Under the pieces are notes generated by a model. That model worked only from the letters and a program-made list of their open reading frames with translations. It had not been told where the DNA came from and ran no database searches. Source: Halieaceae bacterium (GTDB lineage Bacteria; Pseudomonadota; Gammaproteobacteria; Pseudomonadales; Halieaceae). Taken from it: a DNA stretch of 64,000 bases. Below are positions 29,791 to 40,397 of this stretch, piece after piece. Position 1 is the first letter of the stretch. The number at the start of each line of letters is the position of its first letter. The stretch covers positions 4,245 through 68,244 of the forward strand of contig JAZBPS010000429.1 of NCBI GenBank assembly GCA_036353375.1. The letters run 5' to 3'. Position numbers and translations under genes: made by a program.

Positions 29791-30165
29791 GTGATTCCGC
29801 AAAAGATCCATCTACACAAAGGCTCCCGGGAGCTGGAACTGGTGTATCCGGACGGCAGCCGGCGCCTGACTTGCGAGTTCCTGCGCGTGCACTCGCCCTC
29901 GGCGGAGGTGAAGGGCCACGGTCCGGGCCAGGATGTGCTGCAAGTGGGCAAGCGGGAGGTCAACATCCAGGAAGTGCGCCCGGTGGGCAACTACGCACTG
30001 CAGTTCGTGTTCGACGACGGCCACGATTCCGGCATTTACAGCTGGACCTACCTGCGGGAGCTGACTGAGAGACAGGAAACGCTGTGGGCCGACTACCTGA
30101 AGCGGCTGGACGCGGAAGGCGGCAGCCGCGACCCGGATGTGCAGGTACTGCAATTCGACCCCTGA
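29791..30165 (+). CDS. DUF971 (gamma-butyrobetaine-hydroxylase N-terminal-like) domain protein
   Basis: 124 aa, [10 protein letters not shown]...[27 protein letters not shown] pattern typical of DUF971. GTG start with GGAGA upstream. Confidence 0.7.
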   Translation: MIPQKIHLHKGSRELELVYPDGSRRLTCEFLRVHSPSAEVKGHGPGQDVLQVGKREVNIQEVRPVGNYALQFVFDDGHDSGIYSWTYLRELTERQETLWADYLKRLDAEGGSRDPDVQVLQFDP

Positions 30166-30221
30166 CTCCTCACCCCCGCAAAGGGGTACAATGGCCGGCC
30201 AAAGAGACGAAACGCCCAGCC

Positions 30222-30971
30222 ATGAGCGAGACAAAGAAAACCCATTTTGGTTACCAGACTGTGGACCAGGACGCGAAAGCGGGCCTGGTGGCGGGCGTGT
30301 TCGATTCCGTGGCGGCACGCTATGACCTGATGAACGACCTGATGTCCGGCGGCATTCACCGGGTCTGGAAGCGCTTCACCATCGAAGTCAGCGCCGCCAG
30401 ACCCGGCCAGCGCGTGCTGGATATCGCCGGCGGCACCGGGGATCTCGCCGCCCGCTTCTCAGACATCGTCGGCGCCGACGGTCAGGTGATACTGGCGGAC
30501 ATCAACGCCTCCATGCTGGAGGTGGGTCGGGACAAACTGATCAACCGTGGCTACCTGGGCAATATCGACTATGTGCAGGCCAACGCCGAATGCCTGCCCT
30601 TCCCGGATAATCACTTCGACGTGGTCAGCATCGCCTTCGGCCTTCGCAACGTCACCGAGAAAGAACGCGCCCTGGCTGATATGCTGCGGGTGCTCAAACC
30701 CGGCGGTCGACTGCTGATTCTGGAGTTTTCCAAGCCGCGCAACGAGTTGCTCAGTCGGGCTTACGACAGCTATTCCTTCAATGTCCTGCCGGTACTGGGC
30801 CGCATGGTTGCCGGCGACAGCAACAGCTATCAGTACCTGGCGGAAAGTATTCGCATGCATCCCGACCAGGACACCCTCAAGGCGATGATGGAGGATGCGG
30901 GCTTCCTGCGCTGTGAGTACTTCAACATGACGGGCGGCATCGTGGCGCTGCACCGGGGATTCAAGGCCTGA
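30222..30971 (+). CDS. ubiE: Demethylmenaquinone/ubiquinone C-methyltransferase
   Basis: THFGYQTV...[25 protein letters not shown], motif [14 protein letters not shown] 30222. Confidence 0.95.
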   Translation: MSETKKTHFGYQTVDQDAKAGLVAGVFDSVAARYDLMNDLMSGGIHRVWKRFTIEVSAARPGQRVLDIAGGTGDLAARFSDIVGADGQVILADINASMLEVGRDKLINRGYLGNIDYVQANAECLPFPDNHFDVVSIAFGLRNVTEKERALADMLRVLKPGGRLLILEFSKPRNELLSRAYDSYSFNVLPVLGRMVAGDSNSYQYLAESIRMHPDQDTLKAMMEDAGFLRCEYFNMTGGIVALHRGFKA

Positions 30972-30975
30972 GGCC

Positions 30976-31602
30976 ATGGACCCCACCCTGCACAGCGCAG
31001 GCGCGGCGGCCCTCGAAACCGCCCTGAACCGCGCCCTGAGCCTTGACCCCACGGTGGCACAGCGCCTCGGTGAGCTCGACGGCGCGGTGTTCCACCTTGC
31101 CTGCACCGCACCCGCCGTCAACCTTTACCTCTCGCCCCGGGCGGGACGGGTGGCGCTGAAAAGCTTTCACGACGGTGAGGTCACCACCAGCATACGCGGT
31201 ACTGCCCGCGACTTTGCCGACCTCGCTACCGCCGACGATGCAGCGGCAGCGCTGATCAATGGCAACATCGAATTGTCCGGTGACAGCGCACCGCTGATGT
31301 CCCTGCAGCGCACACTCTCCGACCTGTCACTGGATTGGGAGGCGCCGCTGGTGGACACCCTGGGGGACGTCGCCGGACACCAGTTGGCGGAGGCCCTGCG
31401 CGGCCTGTTCAGCTGGGGTCGCATGGCCCAGGGCAGCCTGCTGCGACAGCTTGAGGAGTTCATCCACGAGGAGGCGCGACTGGCACCACCGCGGGCCGAG
31501 CTGGAGGATTTCTATGAGGATGTCGCCCTGTTAAGCCAGCGCGTTGAGCGACTGCAGGCGCGCATACGCCGACTTGCAGCTCGTCTGCCGGAGGGCGGCT
31601 GA
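30976..31602 (+). CDS. ubiJ: Ubiquinone biosynthesis accessory factor, SCP2 domain
   Basis: 208 aa SCP2-like protein between ubiE and ubiB. Confidence 0.8.
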   Translation: MDPTLHSAGAAALETALNRALSLDPTVAQRLGELDGAVFHLACTAPAVNLYLSPRAGRVALKSFHDGEVTTSIRGTARDFADLATADDAAAALINGNIELSGDSAPLMSLQRTLSDLSLDWEAPLVDTLGDVAGHQLAEALRGLFSWGRMAQGSLLRQLEEFIHEEARLAPPRAELEDFYEDVALLSQRVERLQARIRRLAARLPEGG

Positions 31603-31603
31603 T

Positions 31604-33250
31604 ATGTCCCGCACCGCCCGCGCCCTCAAAATCGCGTGGGTATTCAGCCGCTATCGCCTGGATACTTTTATCGACCCGCAGCGGCTGCCTGCCGCTGGAC
31701 GCTGGCTCTGGGCGCTGGGGCCATGGCGCCTCACCGGTGTCCCGCGCCAACCCCGGGGGGAACGCCTGCGGCTGGCGCTGGAGGCGCTGGGGCCGGTATT
31801 CATCAAGTTCGGCCAGATGCTCTCCACCCGTCGCGATTTGCTGCCGGATGATATTGCCGACGAACTGGCCAGGCTGCAGGACCAGGTGCCGCCGTTCTCG
31901 CCGGACGCCTTCCGCCGTATCGTGGAACAGAGCCTGGGTGCCGATACCGACACATTGTTTGCAAGCTTTGACGCCCAACCCCTGGCCTCGGCCTCCGTGG
32001 CCCAGGTGCACACCGCCACCCTGCACTCCGGTGAGGAGGTGGTGGTCAAAGTGATTCGACCCGGCATCGAACCGGTTATTCGCCAGGACCTGCGCCTGCT
32101 GCACCTGCTGGCACGCATGCTGCGGCGACTGTCCGCCGACGGCCGCCGCCTGCGCCCGGTAGAGGTGGTGAACGATTACGAGATCACCATCCTCGACGAG
32201 CTGGATTTGCAGCGCGAGGCCGCCAACGCTTCACAGCTCAGGCGCAACTGGGAAGGCAGCCCCCTGTGCTATGTGCCAGAGGTGCACTGGGACTACACCC
32301 GGCGCGACGTCTATACCATGGAACGTATCCACGGCGTGCCGGTGACCGACCTCGTCACCCTGCGCGCCGCGGGCACCGACCTCAAACTGCTGGCCGAGCG
32401 CGGTGTGGAGATTTTTTTCACCCAGGTATTCCGGGACAGCTTCTTCCACGCCGATATGCACCCGGGCAACATTTTTGTCGATATCACCAACCCGGCCGAC
32501 CCCCGCTATATCGCGGTGGACTGTGCCATCATCGGTAGCCTGAGCTACTCTGATCAGTACTACCTGGCCCGCAACCTGCTGGCCATATTCCGCCGCGATT
32601 ACCGGGAGTGTGCCGAGCTGCACGTGGAGTGCGGCTGGGTTCCCCCGGGTACCCGGGTGCAGGATTTCGAAGCGGCCATGCGGGCCGTCTGCGAACCCGT
32701 TTTCGAAAAACCGCTGGCAGAGATCTCCTTCGGCCAGCTGTTGATTTACCTGTTCCAGACCGCGCGGCGCTTCAACATGGAAGTGCAACCCTCGCTGGTG
32801 CTGCTGCAGAAAACCCTGCTCAACATCGAGGGGCTGGGGCGCCAGCTCTATCCACAATTGGACCTGTGGACCACGGCCATGCCCTATCTGGAGCGCTGGC
32901 TGCAGCAGCGCTACTCTCCCCAGGCAATTATGGAGCGCATGAAGCGGCAGGCACCCGGCTGGCTGGAGCAGCTGCCGAAGCTGCCGGAGGCCGTGTTCGA
33001 AAGCCTGCAGCACACGCGCGAGCTGGACCGCCAGGCCAGCGCACAGCGCCAGCGCCTGGACGCACTGCAGCAGCAAATCCAGCGCGACGACAGCCGCCGT
33101 AGAAGAGGAGTGATCGCGCTGCTGATGTTCGGCGGGGCCGCCGCTACCGCCATGCCCGAAGGTTTCCAGCAACTCGCCCAGTGGCCGCTACTCAGCTGGG
33201 CGCTGGTGGCGCTGGGTCTGCTGCTGCTGTGGCCACGCGCGCGCCCCTGA
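31604..33250 (+). CDS. ubiB: Ubiquinone biosynthesis regulatory kinase-like protein (ABC1/ADCK family)
   Basis: [42 protein letters not shown] motifs and C-terminal TM segments. ATG 31604. Confidence 0.95.
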   Translation: MSRTARALKIAWVFSRYRLDTFIDPQRLPAAGRWLWALGPWRLTGVPRQPRGERLRLALEALGPVFIKFGQMLSTRRDLLPDDIADELARLQDQVPPFSPDAFRRIVEQSLGADTDTLFASFDAQPLASASVAQVHTATLHSGEEVVVKVIRPGIEPVIRQDLRLLHLLARMLRRLSADGRRLRPVEVVNDYEITILDELDLQREAANASQLRRNWEGSPLCYVPEVHWDYTRRDVYTMERIHGVPVTDLVTLRAAGTDLKLLAERGVEIFFTQVFRDSFFHADMHPGNIFVDITNPADPRYIAVDCAIIGSLSYSDQYYLARNLLAIFRRDYRECAELHVECGWVPPGTRVQDFEAAMRAVCEPVFEKPLAEISFGQLLIYLFQTARRFNMEVQPSLVLLQKTLLNIEGLGRQLYPQLDLWTTAMPYLERWLQQRYSPQAIMERMKRQAPGWLEQLPKLPEAVFESLQHTRELDRQASAQRQRLDALQQQIQRDDSRRRRGVIALLMFGGAAATAMPEGFQQLAQWPLLSWALVALGLLLLWPRARP

Positions 33251-33273
33251 TTTCGCTGTGAGACACTGACGCC

Positions 33274-33663
33274 ATGACGATTGATGCGCAAGCCCTGGAC
33301 CAGCTGGCCTGGAACGACCAGGGGCTGGTACCCGCCATAGCCCAGGATGCCGACAGCGGCGAAGTCCTGATGATGGCCTGGATGAACCGCGACGCCCTGC
33401 GGGCAACGGCAGAGGAAGGGGTGGCTGTGTACTTCTCCCGCTCCCGCGGCCGGCTCTGGCGCAAGGGCGAGACATCCGGGCATACCCAGATCGTGCGGGA
33501 AATACGACTGGACTGTGACAGCGATACGGTTTTGCTGAAAGTGGAACAGAAAGGCGGCATCGCCTGTCATACCGGGCGCAGACACTGCTTCATGCACCGG
33601 CTGGACGGCGCCCGGTGGGAAGTGTGTGAGCCCGTGGTCAAGAACCCCGAAGAGATATATTGA
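33274..33663 (+). CDS. hisI: Phosphoribosyl-AMP cyclohydrolase
   Basis: 129 aa, [44 protein letters not shown]...ACHTG. Confidence 0.95.
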   Translation: MTIDAQALDQLAWNDQGLVPAIAQDADSGEVLMMAWMNRDALRATAEEGVAVYFSRSRGRLWRKGETSGHTQIVREIRLDCDSDTVLLKVEQKGGIACHTGRRHCFMHRLDGARWEVCEPVVKNPEEIY

Positions 33664-33670
33664 GGGCTTG

Positions 33671-34006
33671 ATGAACGAAATATTGCAACAATTGGACAGC
33701 ATAATCGCGCAGCGTCGGTCGGCCGACCCAGACAGCTCTTACGTCGCCCAGCTACACGCTGCCGGGCTTAACAAGATTCTGGAAAAGGTCGGCGAGGAGT
33801 GCGTGGAAACCCTTCTGGCTGCGAAGGACTGCGGCAACGGGCAGGACCCTGAAGCCCTGATCCGGGAAACTGCGGATCTCTGGTTTCATTGCCTGGTCAT
33901 GCTTTCGCACCTGGGAACAGACAGCAACGCCGTGCTGGATGAGCTGGCCCGGCGCTTCGACGTATCCGGCCTGGCGGAGAAAGCCGCCAGGGCGTCAACC
34001 GAATAA
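33671..34006 (+). CDS. hisE: Phosphoribosyl-ATP pyrophosphatase
   Basis: [22 protein letters not shown]...A motif. ATG 33671. Confidence 0.9.
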   Translation: MNEILQQLDSIIAQRRSADPDSSYVAQLHAAGLNKILEKVGEECVETLLAAKDCGNGQDPEALIRETADLWFHCLVMLSHLGTDSNAVLDELARRFDVSGLAEKAARASTE

Positions 34007-34051
34007 CAGGGAGTCGGCCACGGCCCGCTTCCACGGCAAGAGGAGATAACC

Positions 34052-34282
34052 ATGGGTATTGGAGGAATCAGTGTCTGGCAGCTGCTGATCATTTTGCTGA
34101 TCGTGATGATGCTGTTTGGCACCAAGCGCCTGCGCGGCCTGGGAAGCGATCTGGGCGCCGCCATCAAGGGCTTTCGCAGCTCGGTGAGCAACGACGACGA
34201 CAAGACCGGCGAGGACGCAGCGGAGGACGACGCCGAGGGCGACACCGCGCAGCTCAAGGAAAGCGACAGCAAATCCCAATAG
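34052..34282 (+). CDS. tatA: Twin-arginine translocase subunit TatA
   Basis: [35 protein letters not shown]. Confidence 0.95.
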   Translation: MGIGGISVWQLLIILLIVMMLFGTKRLRGLGSDLGAAIKGFRSSVSNDDDKTGEDAAEDDAEGDTAQLKESDSKSQ

Positions 34283-34307
34283 GCGCAGGCACCGCCGGGA
34301 CTAAGGC

Positions 34308-34844
34308 ATGTTCGATATAGGATTTCTCGAGCTCGTTATCGTCAGCATCGTCGGGCTGCTGGTGCTGGGCCCCGAGCGACTGCCGGGTGCCATTCGCACA
34401 GTGTCGCTCTACGTGAACAAGATTCGCCGCAGCCTCGCGGGGATTCGCGCAGACATCGAACGGGAACTCAAGGCCGATGAAATCCGCCAGGATCTGCACA
34501 ATCAGTCTGTGATGGAGGAATTGAAGCAGGCTGAAAAGGCCCTGCGCAGCGGTCTCTCGGACAATGCTGGTCTCAAACTCGGCAAGGATGGCTACCCCAT
34601 CGGCAGCACAGTCGAAGACGTCACCGCCGCCAGCGTGCGCAAGAATCCAGTCACGCAGGCCCTGAAGAAAGCCATTGACGGGCCCGCCGAAGCACCCCCG
34701 GAACTCCACGAGGAAAAAAGCCCTGCCCCGGCAACGGATGCCTCCAGCGACGCGCCGGACAGCAACACGGACGACCAGCCCGCCGATGAAACGCCATCCG
34801 GGCCCCCTGCCGGGACCCCGGCGGAACGCCAGTCACGCAACTGA
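34308..34844 (+). CDS. tatB: Twin-arginine translocase subunit TatB
   Basis: MFDIGFLELVIVSIVGLLVLGPERLP followed by an amphipathic helix and a disordered tail. Confidence 0.9.
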   Translation: MFDIGFLELVIVSIVGLLVLGPERLPGAIRTVSLYVNKIRRSLAGIRADIERELKADEIRQDLHNQSVMEELKQAEKALRSGLSDNAGLKLGKDGYPIGSTVEDVTAASVRKNPVTQALKKAIDGPAEAPPELHEEKSPAPATDASSDAPDSNTDDQPADETPSGPPAGTPAERQSRN

Positions 34845-35593
34845 TGAGCACTGACAGCAACCCGATGGACAATGCAATGCCGCTGGTGGCCCACCTCAGC
34901 GAGCTGCGCGACCGCTTGCTGAAAAGCGTGCTGGCGGTGCTGGTGGTGTTTCTCGCCCTGTTCGCGTTTGCCAATGAGATCTACATGTACGTGTCAGAGC
35001 CCCTGCGCGCACTGCTGCCCGAGGGGTCAAGCATGATTGCCACCGAGGTGGCGTCACCCTTCCTCACGCCCTTCAAACTCACCCTGGTATTGGCCATCTT
35101 CATCGCCATCCCCTACGTGCTGTTCCAGCTGTGGAGTTTTGTCGCACCCGGCATGTACCAGAACGAGAAGAAGCTGGCGATTCCCCTGCTGGCCTCCAGC
35201 GTGTTGTTGTTCTACGGCGGCGCAGCCTTTGCCTACTATATTGTGTTCCCGCTGATCTTCGGGTTCTTCACCTCGGTGGGGCCGGGTGACGTGGCCATCA
35301 TGACCGATATCAACAGCTACCTGGACTTCGTACTGAAGCTGTTTTTTGCCTTCGGGATCGCCTTCGAGATTCCGATTGCCGCCGTGATCCTGATTCGCGT
35401 GGGCGTCACCACCGCTGACGAGCTGGCCAGCAAGCGTCCTTACATCGTGGTCGGCTGCTTTGTCATGGGCATGCTGCTGACTCCGCCGGATGTGATTTCC
35501 CAATCCCTGTTGGCGCTGCCGATGTGGCTGTTGTTTGAGGTGGGTGTGTTCTTCGGCAGGCTGATTACGCCAAAAGACGAAACTGCGCCGTAA
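34844..35593 (+). CDS. tatC: Twin-arginine translocase subunit TatC
   Basis: MPLVAHLSELRDRLLKS start, six TM segments. TGATG overlap with tatB. Confidence 0.95.
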   Translation: MSTDSNPMDNAMPLVAHLSELRDRLLKSVLAVLVVFLALFAFANEIYMYVSEPLRALLPEGSSMIATEVASPFLTPFKLTLVLAIFIAIPYVLFQLWSFVAPGMYQNEKKLAIPLLASSVLLFYGGAAFAYYIVFPLIFGFFTSVGPGDVAIMTDINSYLDFVLKLFFAFGIAFEIPIAAVILIRVGVTTADELASKRPYIVVGCFVMGMLLTPPDVISQSLLALPMWLLFEVGVFFGRLITPKDETAP

Positions 35594-36317
35594 GCGCCGC
35601 GTGGTCCGACAGGCGGTTCCAGACGCCGCCGCGCAGCAGCCGCGCCTCTTCAAGCGCCAGTCCGCGAAAGTACACCCTGTCCACCCGCAGCAGCGGCAAT
35701 ATCGCCGGGAAGCTGCGGGCGGGGCGACCGGTCTGCTCGGCAATGATCTCCGCAAACCCCAGTTCTCCCATCATCACCGGGTCCGCCAGCCGGCGCCAGT
35801 CGTTGAAATCCCCGGCGACGATCACCGGGTCACTGGGGCGGCACTCCGCCAGGACCAGTTCCTTGAGCCGCTTCAGCTGGAAGCGCTGTTCGGTTGCCAG
35901 CAGGCCCAGGTGTGCACATATCAACACCACCCCGTTGTCCAGCCGGCCCAGCAGCAGGCCGCGGCGGGAAAAGCGCCAGCGGGTGATGTCGTAATTGCGC
36001 CAGCTGACAAAGGGCACCTTGGACAGGATCGCATTGCCGTGGTGGCCATCCTCGACAATCGCATTGCGGCCGTAGGCATAGTGATGCCAGATACGGTCCG
36101 CGAGGAATTCGAACTGGCTCTCGGTACCGGGCAGCGGGTGATCGCGGTAGGCGAGGCGGTGACCCACGACTTCCTGCAGGAAGCAGATATCCGCATCCAC
36201 GCTGCGAATGGCATCGCGCATATCCTCCAGCCGGAAGCGACGGTTGTCGGGCCCGAAGCCCTTGTGGATATTCCAGGAGCAAACGCGAAAGCTGCGGGAA
36301 TAGTCCGCGGCACTCAC
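35565..36317 (-). CDS. Endonuclease/exonuclease/phosphatase (EEP) family protein, YbhP-like
   Basis: 250 aa, SWNIHKG, CFLQEV, GDFNDW, SDHAAL motifs. GTGA overlap with the upstream PLD gene. Confidence 0.8.
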   Translation of the reverse strand: MSAADYSRSFRVCSWNIHKGFGPDNRRFRLEDMRDAIRSVDADICFLQEVVGHRLAYRDHPLPGTESQFEFLADRIWHHYAYGRNAIVEDGHHGNAILSKVPFVSWRNYDITRWRFSRRGLLLGRLDNGVVLICAHLGLLATEQRFQLKRLKELVLAECRPSDPVIVAGDFNDWRRLADPVMMGELGFAEIIAEQTGRPARSFPAILPLLRVDRVYFRGLALEEARLLRGGVWNRLSDHAALTAQFRLLA

Positions 36318-37450
36318 ATCCAGTACCTCAACCCGTACAAGAGCCAGGATACCAGTCCCGGCCGCAGGGTATCCTCAAAAGCCACCTCGCGACTGTCGGC
36401 CATGTCCGCGAGCAGCGTCTGCTCCAGCGGCTTGACGGCGTCCGGGTCTCGCAGCACCACGTCCAGCTCCAGGTCGTGCAGGGTGGAGCGATAGTTCCAG
36501 TTGCTGCTGCCCAGCACCGCCTGCTCATCCACCAGCAGGGCCTTGGCGTGCAGCACGCCCGGCTGGTAGAGAAAAATGCGCGCGCCGGCCCGCAGAAGCT
36601 CCCGGTAGTAATGACTGCTGAGGCTGGGAAACACCGCCACATCCGAACGCTCGGGCAGGATCAACCGCACATCGCAGCCGCTGCGACAGGCCGCCAGCAA
36701 GGCGCGACGCAGCAATGCGGTGGGCAGGAAATAGGCATTGACCAGCCAGACGCGTCGCCGCGCGTTGCGCACGGTGCGGGCCACATAAAAGTTGCGCAAC
36801 TGCCGCGCCTTGACGCTGCGATTGCTGAGAAACCCGGCCAGGAACCCCCTCTGCAGTCGCGGCGCATGCCCCTCCCACAGGTCGTCAAAACCCGCCGCGA
36901 GGCTCTCTATACGCGGACCACTCAGCTCCACCCCGTAATCGCGCCAACCCTGGCCGCCCTCACTGACCGGCAGGTGATCGGCGGTGATATTGAAACTGCC
37001 CAGCCAGGCCCGGTGGCCATCCACGGTGCACAGCTTGCGGTGATTGCGCCGGTTGATGTTCCACACCAGCGTAATGAATCGTGCCAGCCAGCCGCGCGGC
37101 CAGCGCCGGGACCAGCGACCCCAGCGGTAGGTATCGAAAAGCCAGGGCAGCGGGTGATAAATGCGCACCTGCACGCCGTGGGCCGTCAGGCGTTCTGACA
37201 ACAGCTCACAGTGCGCCATGGAACCGACACCATCCATCATTACCCTGACCCTTACACCGCGCTCTGCTGCGCCGATCAGGGCTTCGACAAAACGCTGGCC
37301 CAGCACGTCGTAGTTGAAGATGTAGTACTCGAAGTCCACGGATTTCCGGGCCGCCGCAATCGCCTCGAGCTGGCTGTTGAAGAAAGTGCGGGCGTCCGCA
37401 TGCAACTGGGCGCTTTCCCAGTGCAGCGGTCTTTTGGCGGCTACCGTCAT
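36314..37450 (-). CDS. clsB: Phospholipase D family / cardiolipin synthase B-like (no TM)
   Basis: Two HKD motifs, HRKLCTVDG and HAKALLVDE. Pairing with an EEP gene mirrors E. coli clsB-ybhP. Confidence 0.7.
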   Translation of the reverse strand: MTVAAKRPLHWESAQLHADARTFFNSQLEAIAAARKSVDFEYYIFNYDVLGQRFVEALIGAAERGVRVRVMMDGVGSMAHCELLSERLTAHGVQVRIYHPLPWLFDTYRWGRWSRRWPRGWLARFITLVWNINRRNHRKLCTVDGHRAWLGSFNITADHLPVSEGGQGWRDYGVELSGPRIESLAAGFDDLWEGHAPRLQRGFLAGFLSNRSVKARQLRNFYVARTVRNARRRVWLVNAYFLPTALLRRALLAACRSGCDVRLILPERSDVAVFPSLSSHYYRELLRAGARIFLYQPGVLHAKALLVDEQAVLGSSNWNYRSTLHDLELDVVLRDPDAVKPLEQTLLADMADSREVAFEDTLRPGLVSWLLYGLRYWM

Positions 37451-37517
37451 GCGTTAATTATACGGCGAGTTGTCATCGCGTAGGCCCTGTGCCGCGAAGC
37501 TGGTAATCTGTTCTCCC

Positions 37518-39287
37518 ATGGAACAGGAAGTAAAACATCGTCCCCGGCTAACCAGCCTGCTGCAGCTTGTCGTGTTTCTCAAGCCCTACAAGGGCACGCT
37601 GCTGGCAGCGGGTGTTGCGCTGATTTTCACCGCCGGCATTATGCTCGCCCTGGGCCAGGGCCTGCGCATCCTGATCGACCAGGGTTTCGCGTCCGGCTCG
37701 ATCTCGCAGCTCAACGATGCGGTGAAGCTGATCATGGTACTCGCCCTGGCCATGGCCGCGGGAACCTTTACCCGCTTCTATCTGGTGAGCTGGCTGGGCG
37801 AACGCGTGGGCGCTGATATTCGCGAGGCGGTGTTTGCCAACATCGTCACGCTGCAACCGAGCTTTTTTGACGAAAACCGCTCGGGCGAAATCATGTCGCG
37901 GCTCACCACCGACACCACGCTGCTACAGACCATCATCGGCTCCTCCCTGTCCATGGCGCTGCGATCGCTGCTCACCACCCTGGGCGCCCTGATTATGATG
38001 CTGGTCACCAGCGTCAAGCTGACGCTGGTGGTTCTGTCGGCGGTGCCCATCATCCTGGTGCCGGTACTGGTATTCGGCAAGCGGGTTCGACGGCTGTCCG
38101 GCAAAAGCCAGGACTCGATCGCCGACGTGGGCAGTTACGCTGGCGAAATCATCCAGCACATCAAGACAGTGCAGAGCTATAACCGTGAGGAAGACGAGCA
38201 GCGCGCCTTTGCTGCGGAGTCCCAGCGCGCCTTCGAGATTGCCAGGCGCCGGATTCGCCAGCGTGCCCTGCTGGTGGCAGCCGTGATCCTGATGGTGTTC
38301 AGCGGACTCGCCGGCATGGTCTGGTCGGGCGGCAATGCGGTGGTCTCGGGCAGCATGACCGGCGGCGAATTGGGCGCCTTCATGTTCTATGCTTTTATGG
38401 TGGGCGGAGGCTTTGCCACGGTGTCGGAGGTCTGGACTGAGTTGCTGCGGGCCGCCGGCGCTACCGATCGCCTGCGTGGCCTGCTGGCAGAGCGCAGCAC
38501 CATTGCAGCCCCGGCCGACCCACAGGCACCCCGGGGCGCCGAGCTGCAGTTTGATAACGTGGTATTCAGCTACCCCACCCGTCCTCACCAGCGGGCCCTG
38601 GATGGCATCAGCCTGACGGTAGAGCCAGGCCGCAGCCTCGCGCTGGTAGGCCCCTCCGGTGCAGGCAAGTCCACGGTATTCGAGCTCTTGCAGCGCTTCT
38701 ATGATCCACAACAGGGCAGTATCAGCCTGGGCGGCGTGGACTTGCGGCAGATGACGCCCCATACCCTGCGGGCACACCTGGCCGTGGTGCCGCAGGCGCC
38801 CGCGCTGTTCACGAACGATGTGGCCTACAACATTGCCTACGGCAAACCCCATGCCAGCCAGGCGGAGATCGAGGCAGCCGCCAAAGCGGCCCACGCCCAC
38901 GATTTCATCATGGACCTGCCCGAGCAGTACCAATCACACCTTGGCGAGCAGGGTGTGCGTCTCTCCGGCGGCCAGAAGCAACGCATCGCTATCGCCCGCG
39001 CCATTCTGGCTGATCCGGACATACTGCTGCTGGATGAAGCGACCAGCGCACTGGATGCCGAGAGCGAGTACCACGTTCAGCTGGCGCTGGAGGAATTGAT
39101 GCGCGGTCGCACCACCGTGATCATCGCGCACCGGCTCAGCACCATCATGAAAGCGGATCGTATCGCTGTGCTGGACCAGGGCAGGCTGGTGGCCCAGGGC
39201 ACACACGCCAGCCTGCAAACCAGCAGCCCGCTGTATCAGCGTCTGGCCAGCCTTCAGTTCCGCGACGAGGACGAAGAAGTCGCCTGA
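37518..39287 (+). CDS. ABC exporter, fused TMD-NBD (MsbA/ABCB-like)
   Basis: Six-TM N-terminal half, Walker A GPSGAGKST, signature LSGGQKQRIAIAR, Walker B ILLLDEATSALD. ATG 37518. Confidence 0.85.
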   Translation: MEQEVKHRPRLTSLLQLVVFLKPYKGTLLAAGVALIFTAGIMLALGQGLRILIDQGFASGSISQLNDAVKLIMVLALAMAAGTFTRFYLVSWLGERVGADIREAVFANIVTLQPSFFDENRSGEIMSRLTTDTTLLQTIIGSSLSMALRSLLTTLGALIMMLVTSVKLTLVVLSAVPIILVPVLVFGKRVRRLSGKSQDSIADVGSYAGEIIQHIKTVQSYNREEDEQRAFAAESQRAFEIARRRIRQRALLVAAVILMVFSGLAGMVWSGGNAVVSGSMTGGELGAFMFYAFMVGGGFATVSEVWTELLRAAGATDRLRGLLAERSTIAAPADPQAPRGAELQFDNVVFSYPTRPHQRALDGISLTVEPGRSLALVGPSGAGKSTVFELLQRFYDPQQGSISLGGVDLRQMTPHTLRAHLAVVPQAPALFTNDVAYNIAYGKPHASQAEIEAAAKAAHAHDFIMDLPEQYQSHLGEQGVRLSGGQKQRIAIARAILADPDILLLDEATSALDAESEYHVQLALEELMRGRTTVIIAHRLSTIMKADRIAVLDQGRLVAQGTHASLQTSSPLYQRLASLQFRDEDEEVA

Positions 39288-40264
39288 CCGGGCTTCTTGT
39301 CGAACACCAACCCCATCCGCTGGCGCGCCCCGCGCCGCAGTTCGCTGAGGTCGCTGCCCGCATCCCTGGCGATAGTGCCAAGGTCCTTGAGGAAGCCCAG
39401 GTAATGGGAACCCCCGGTGAGCGCCGTTTTCAGGGGCAGGCTGAGAATACCCTCGCCCTGCATGGCCTTGCGCAGCAGGTCCAGCGTTTCACCGCCTGCG
39501 GCGTAAAGGTGCTCCTGGGCGGCAGCACGCCCGGACTCACCGGCAATCGAGAGCACCTCCAGCCCCTCGAGAAATGCCTCCAGGCCGATCCACTCCACCA
39601 GCGCGGCATCTTCGGCGCCCTTGCGCAGGGCGCGACGCGCCTTGCGCGCCACGTTGCGGTATTCGCGGGCCACCTTGGGGCCGAATATGGGGTCAGGCGT
39701 GGGGGCCAGCAAGCTGTCCTGTTCCAGCTCGCGCCAGTCCTCCGGGTCCAGCACGCGCTGAATTTCCGGGAACACCAGGGCCTCCTCGGCCTCCATATGC
39801 TTGCGTTGTTCATGCACATACGCCGCCACCGCCTCGCGCATCTTGGCGGTGCCGGTGCCGGAGGATTTCCAACGCGCGACTGTGGCCAGGGTTTTGGCGC
39901 CGGTCTTGGCCAGAAAATCATGGTCTCGCTGCAGCGTGTCCACGCTGTCGGCAAGTGCGGGATCAACCTCCCCGGCGCGGGCGTAGACCAGGTCTTCCCG
40001 CGGGTGGTGAAAAGCATCGGGGTAGTGTGTCAGGTAGTGCAGGGACTCGTAGAACACGTGGGGGTCCACCGGCTCGTCTGCGTCGATACGCTCGAGCTCC
40101 GCCTCCACCAGCCGCTGGAGTGTGCCCATGTAGCGGTGCTCGGCGTACAGCGTCGCCAGCACCGGGTGGGCGCTCAGCTCGCCGCCCCGCAGGGTTAGCG
40201 CGACAGCATCCCAGGCCTCCTTGCTGTATGCGTCAGCGTGGGCCTTGTTCGATTCAGCCATCAC
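39254..40264 (-). CDS. Hemerythrin (HHE cation-binding) domain protein with an uncharacterised C-terminal half
   Basis: His/Glu ligand pattern in the N-terminal ~170 aa (YAEHRYM, FHHPREDLVY, LQRDHDFL, HEQRKHMEAEE). I recognise no family in the C-terminal ~160 aa. Confidence 0.65.
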   Translation of the reverse strand: MMAESNKAHADAYSKEAWDAVALTLRGGELSAHPVLATLYAEHRYMGTLQRLVEAELERIDADEPVDPHVFYESLHYLTHYPDAFHHPREDLVYARAGEVDPALADSVDTLQRDHDFLAKTGAKTLATVARWKSSGTGTAKMREAVAAYVHEQRKHMEAEEALVFPEIQRVLDPEDWRELEQDSLLAPTPDPIFGPKVAREYRNVARKARRALRKGAEDAALVEWIGLEAFLEGLEVLSIAGESGRAAAQEHLYAAGGETLDLLRKAMQGEGILSLPLKTALTGGSHYLGFLKDLGTIARDAGSDLSELRRGARQRMGLVFDKKPGQATSSSSSRN

Positions 40265-40397
40265 CGTTCTCCAGGCTCAAAGTATTGTATAGTCCGTTTT
40301 CCGGGAGGCTGCCGCATTGACCCAACGCAATATGCAGCGCCCGGCAGCGAAACCCTGAATACGCAACACACATAATAATGAAAGAGAGCGCCCTCCT

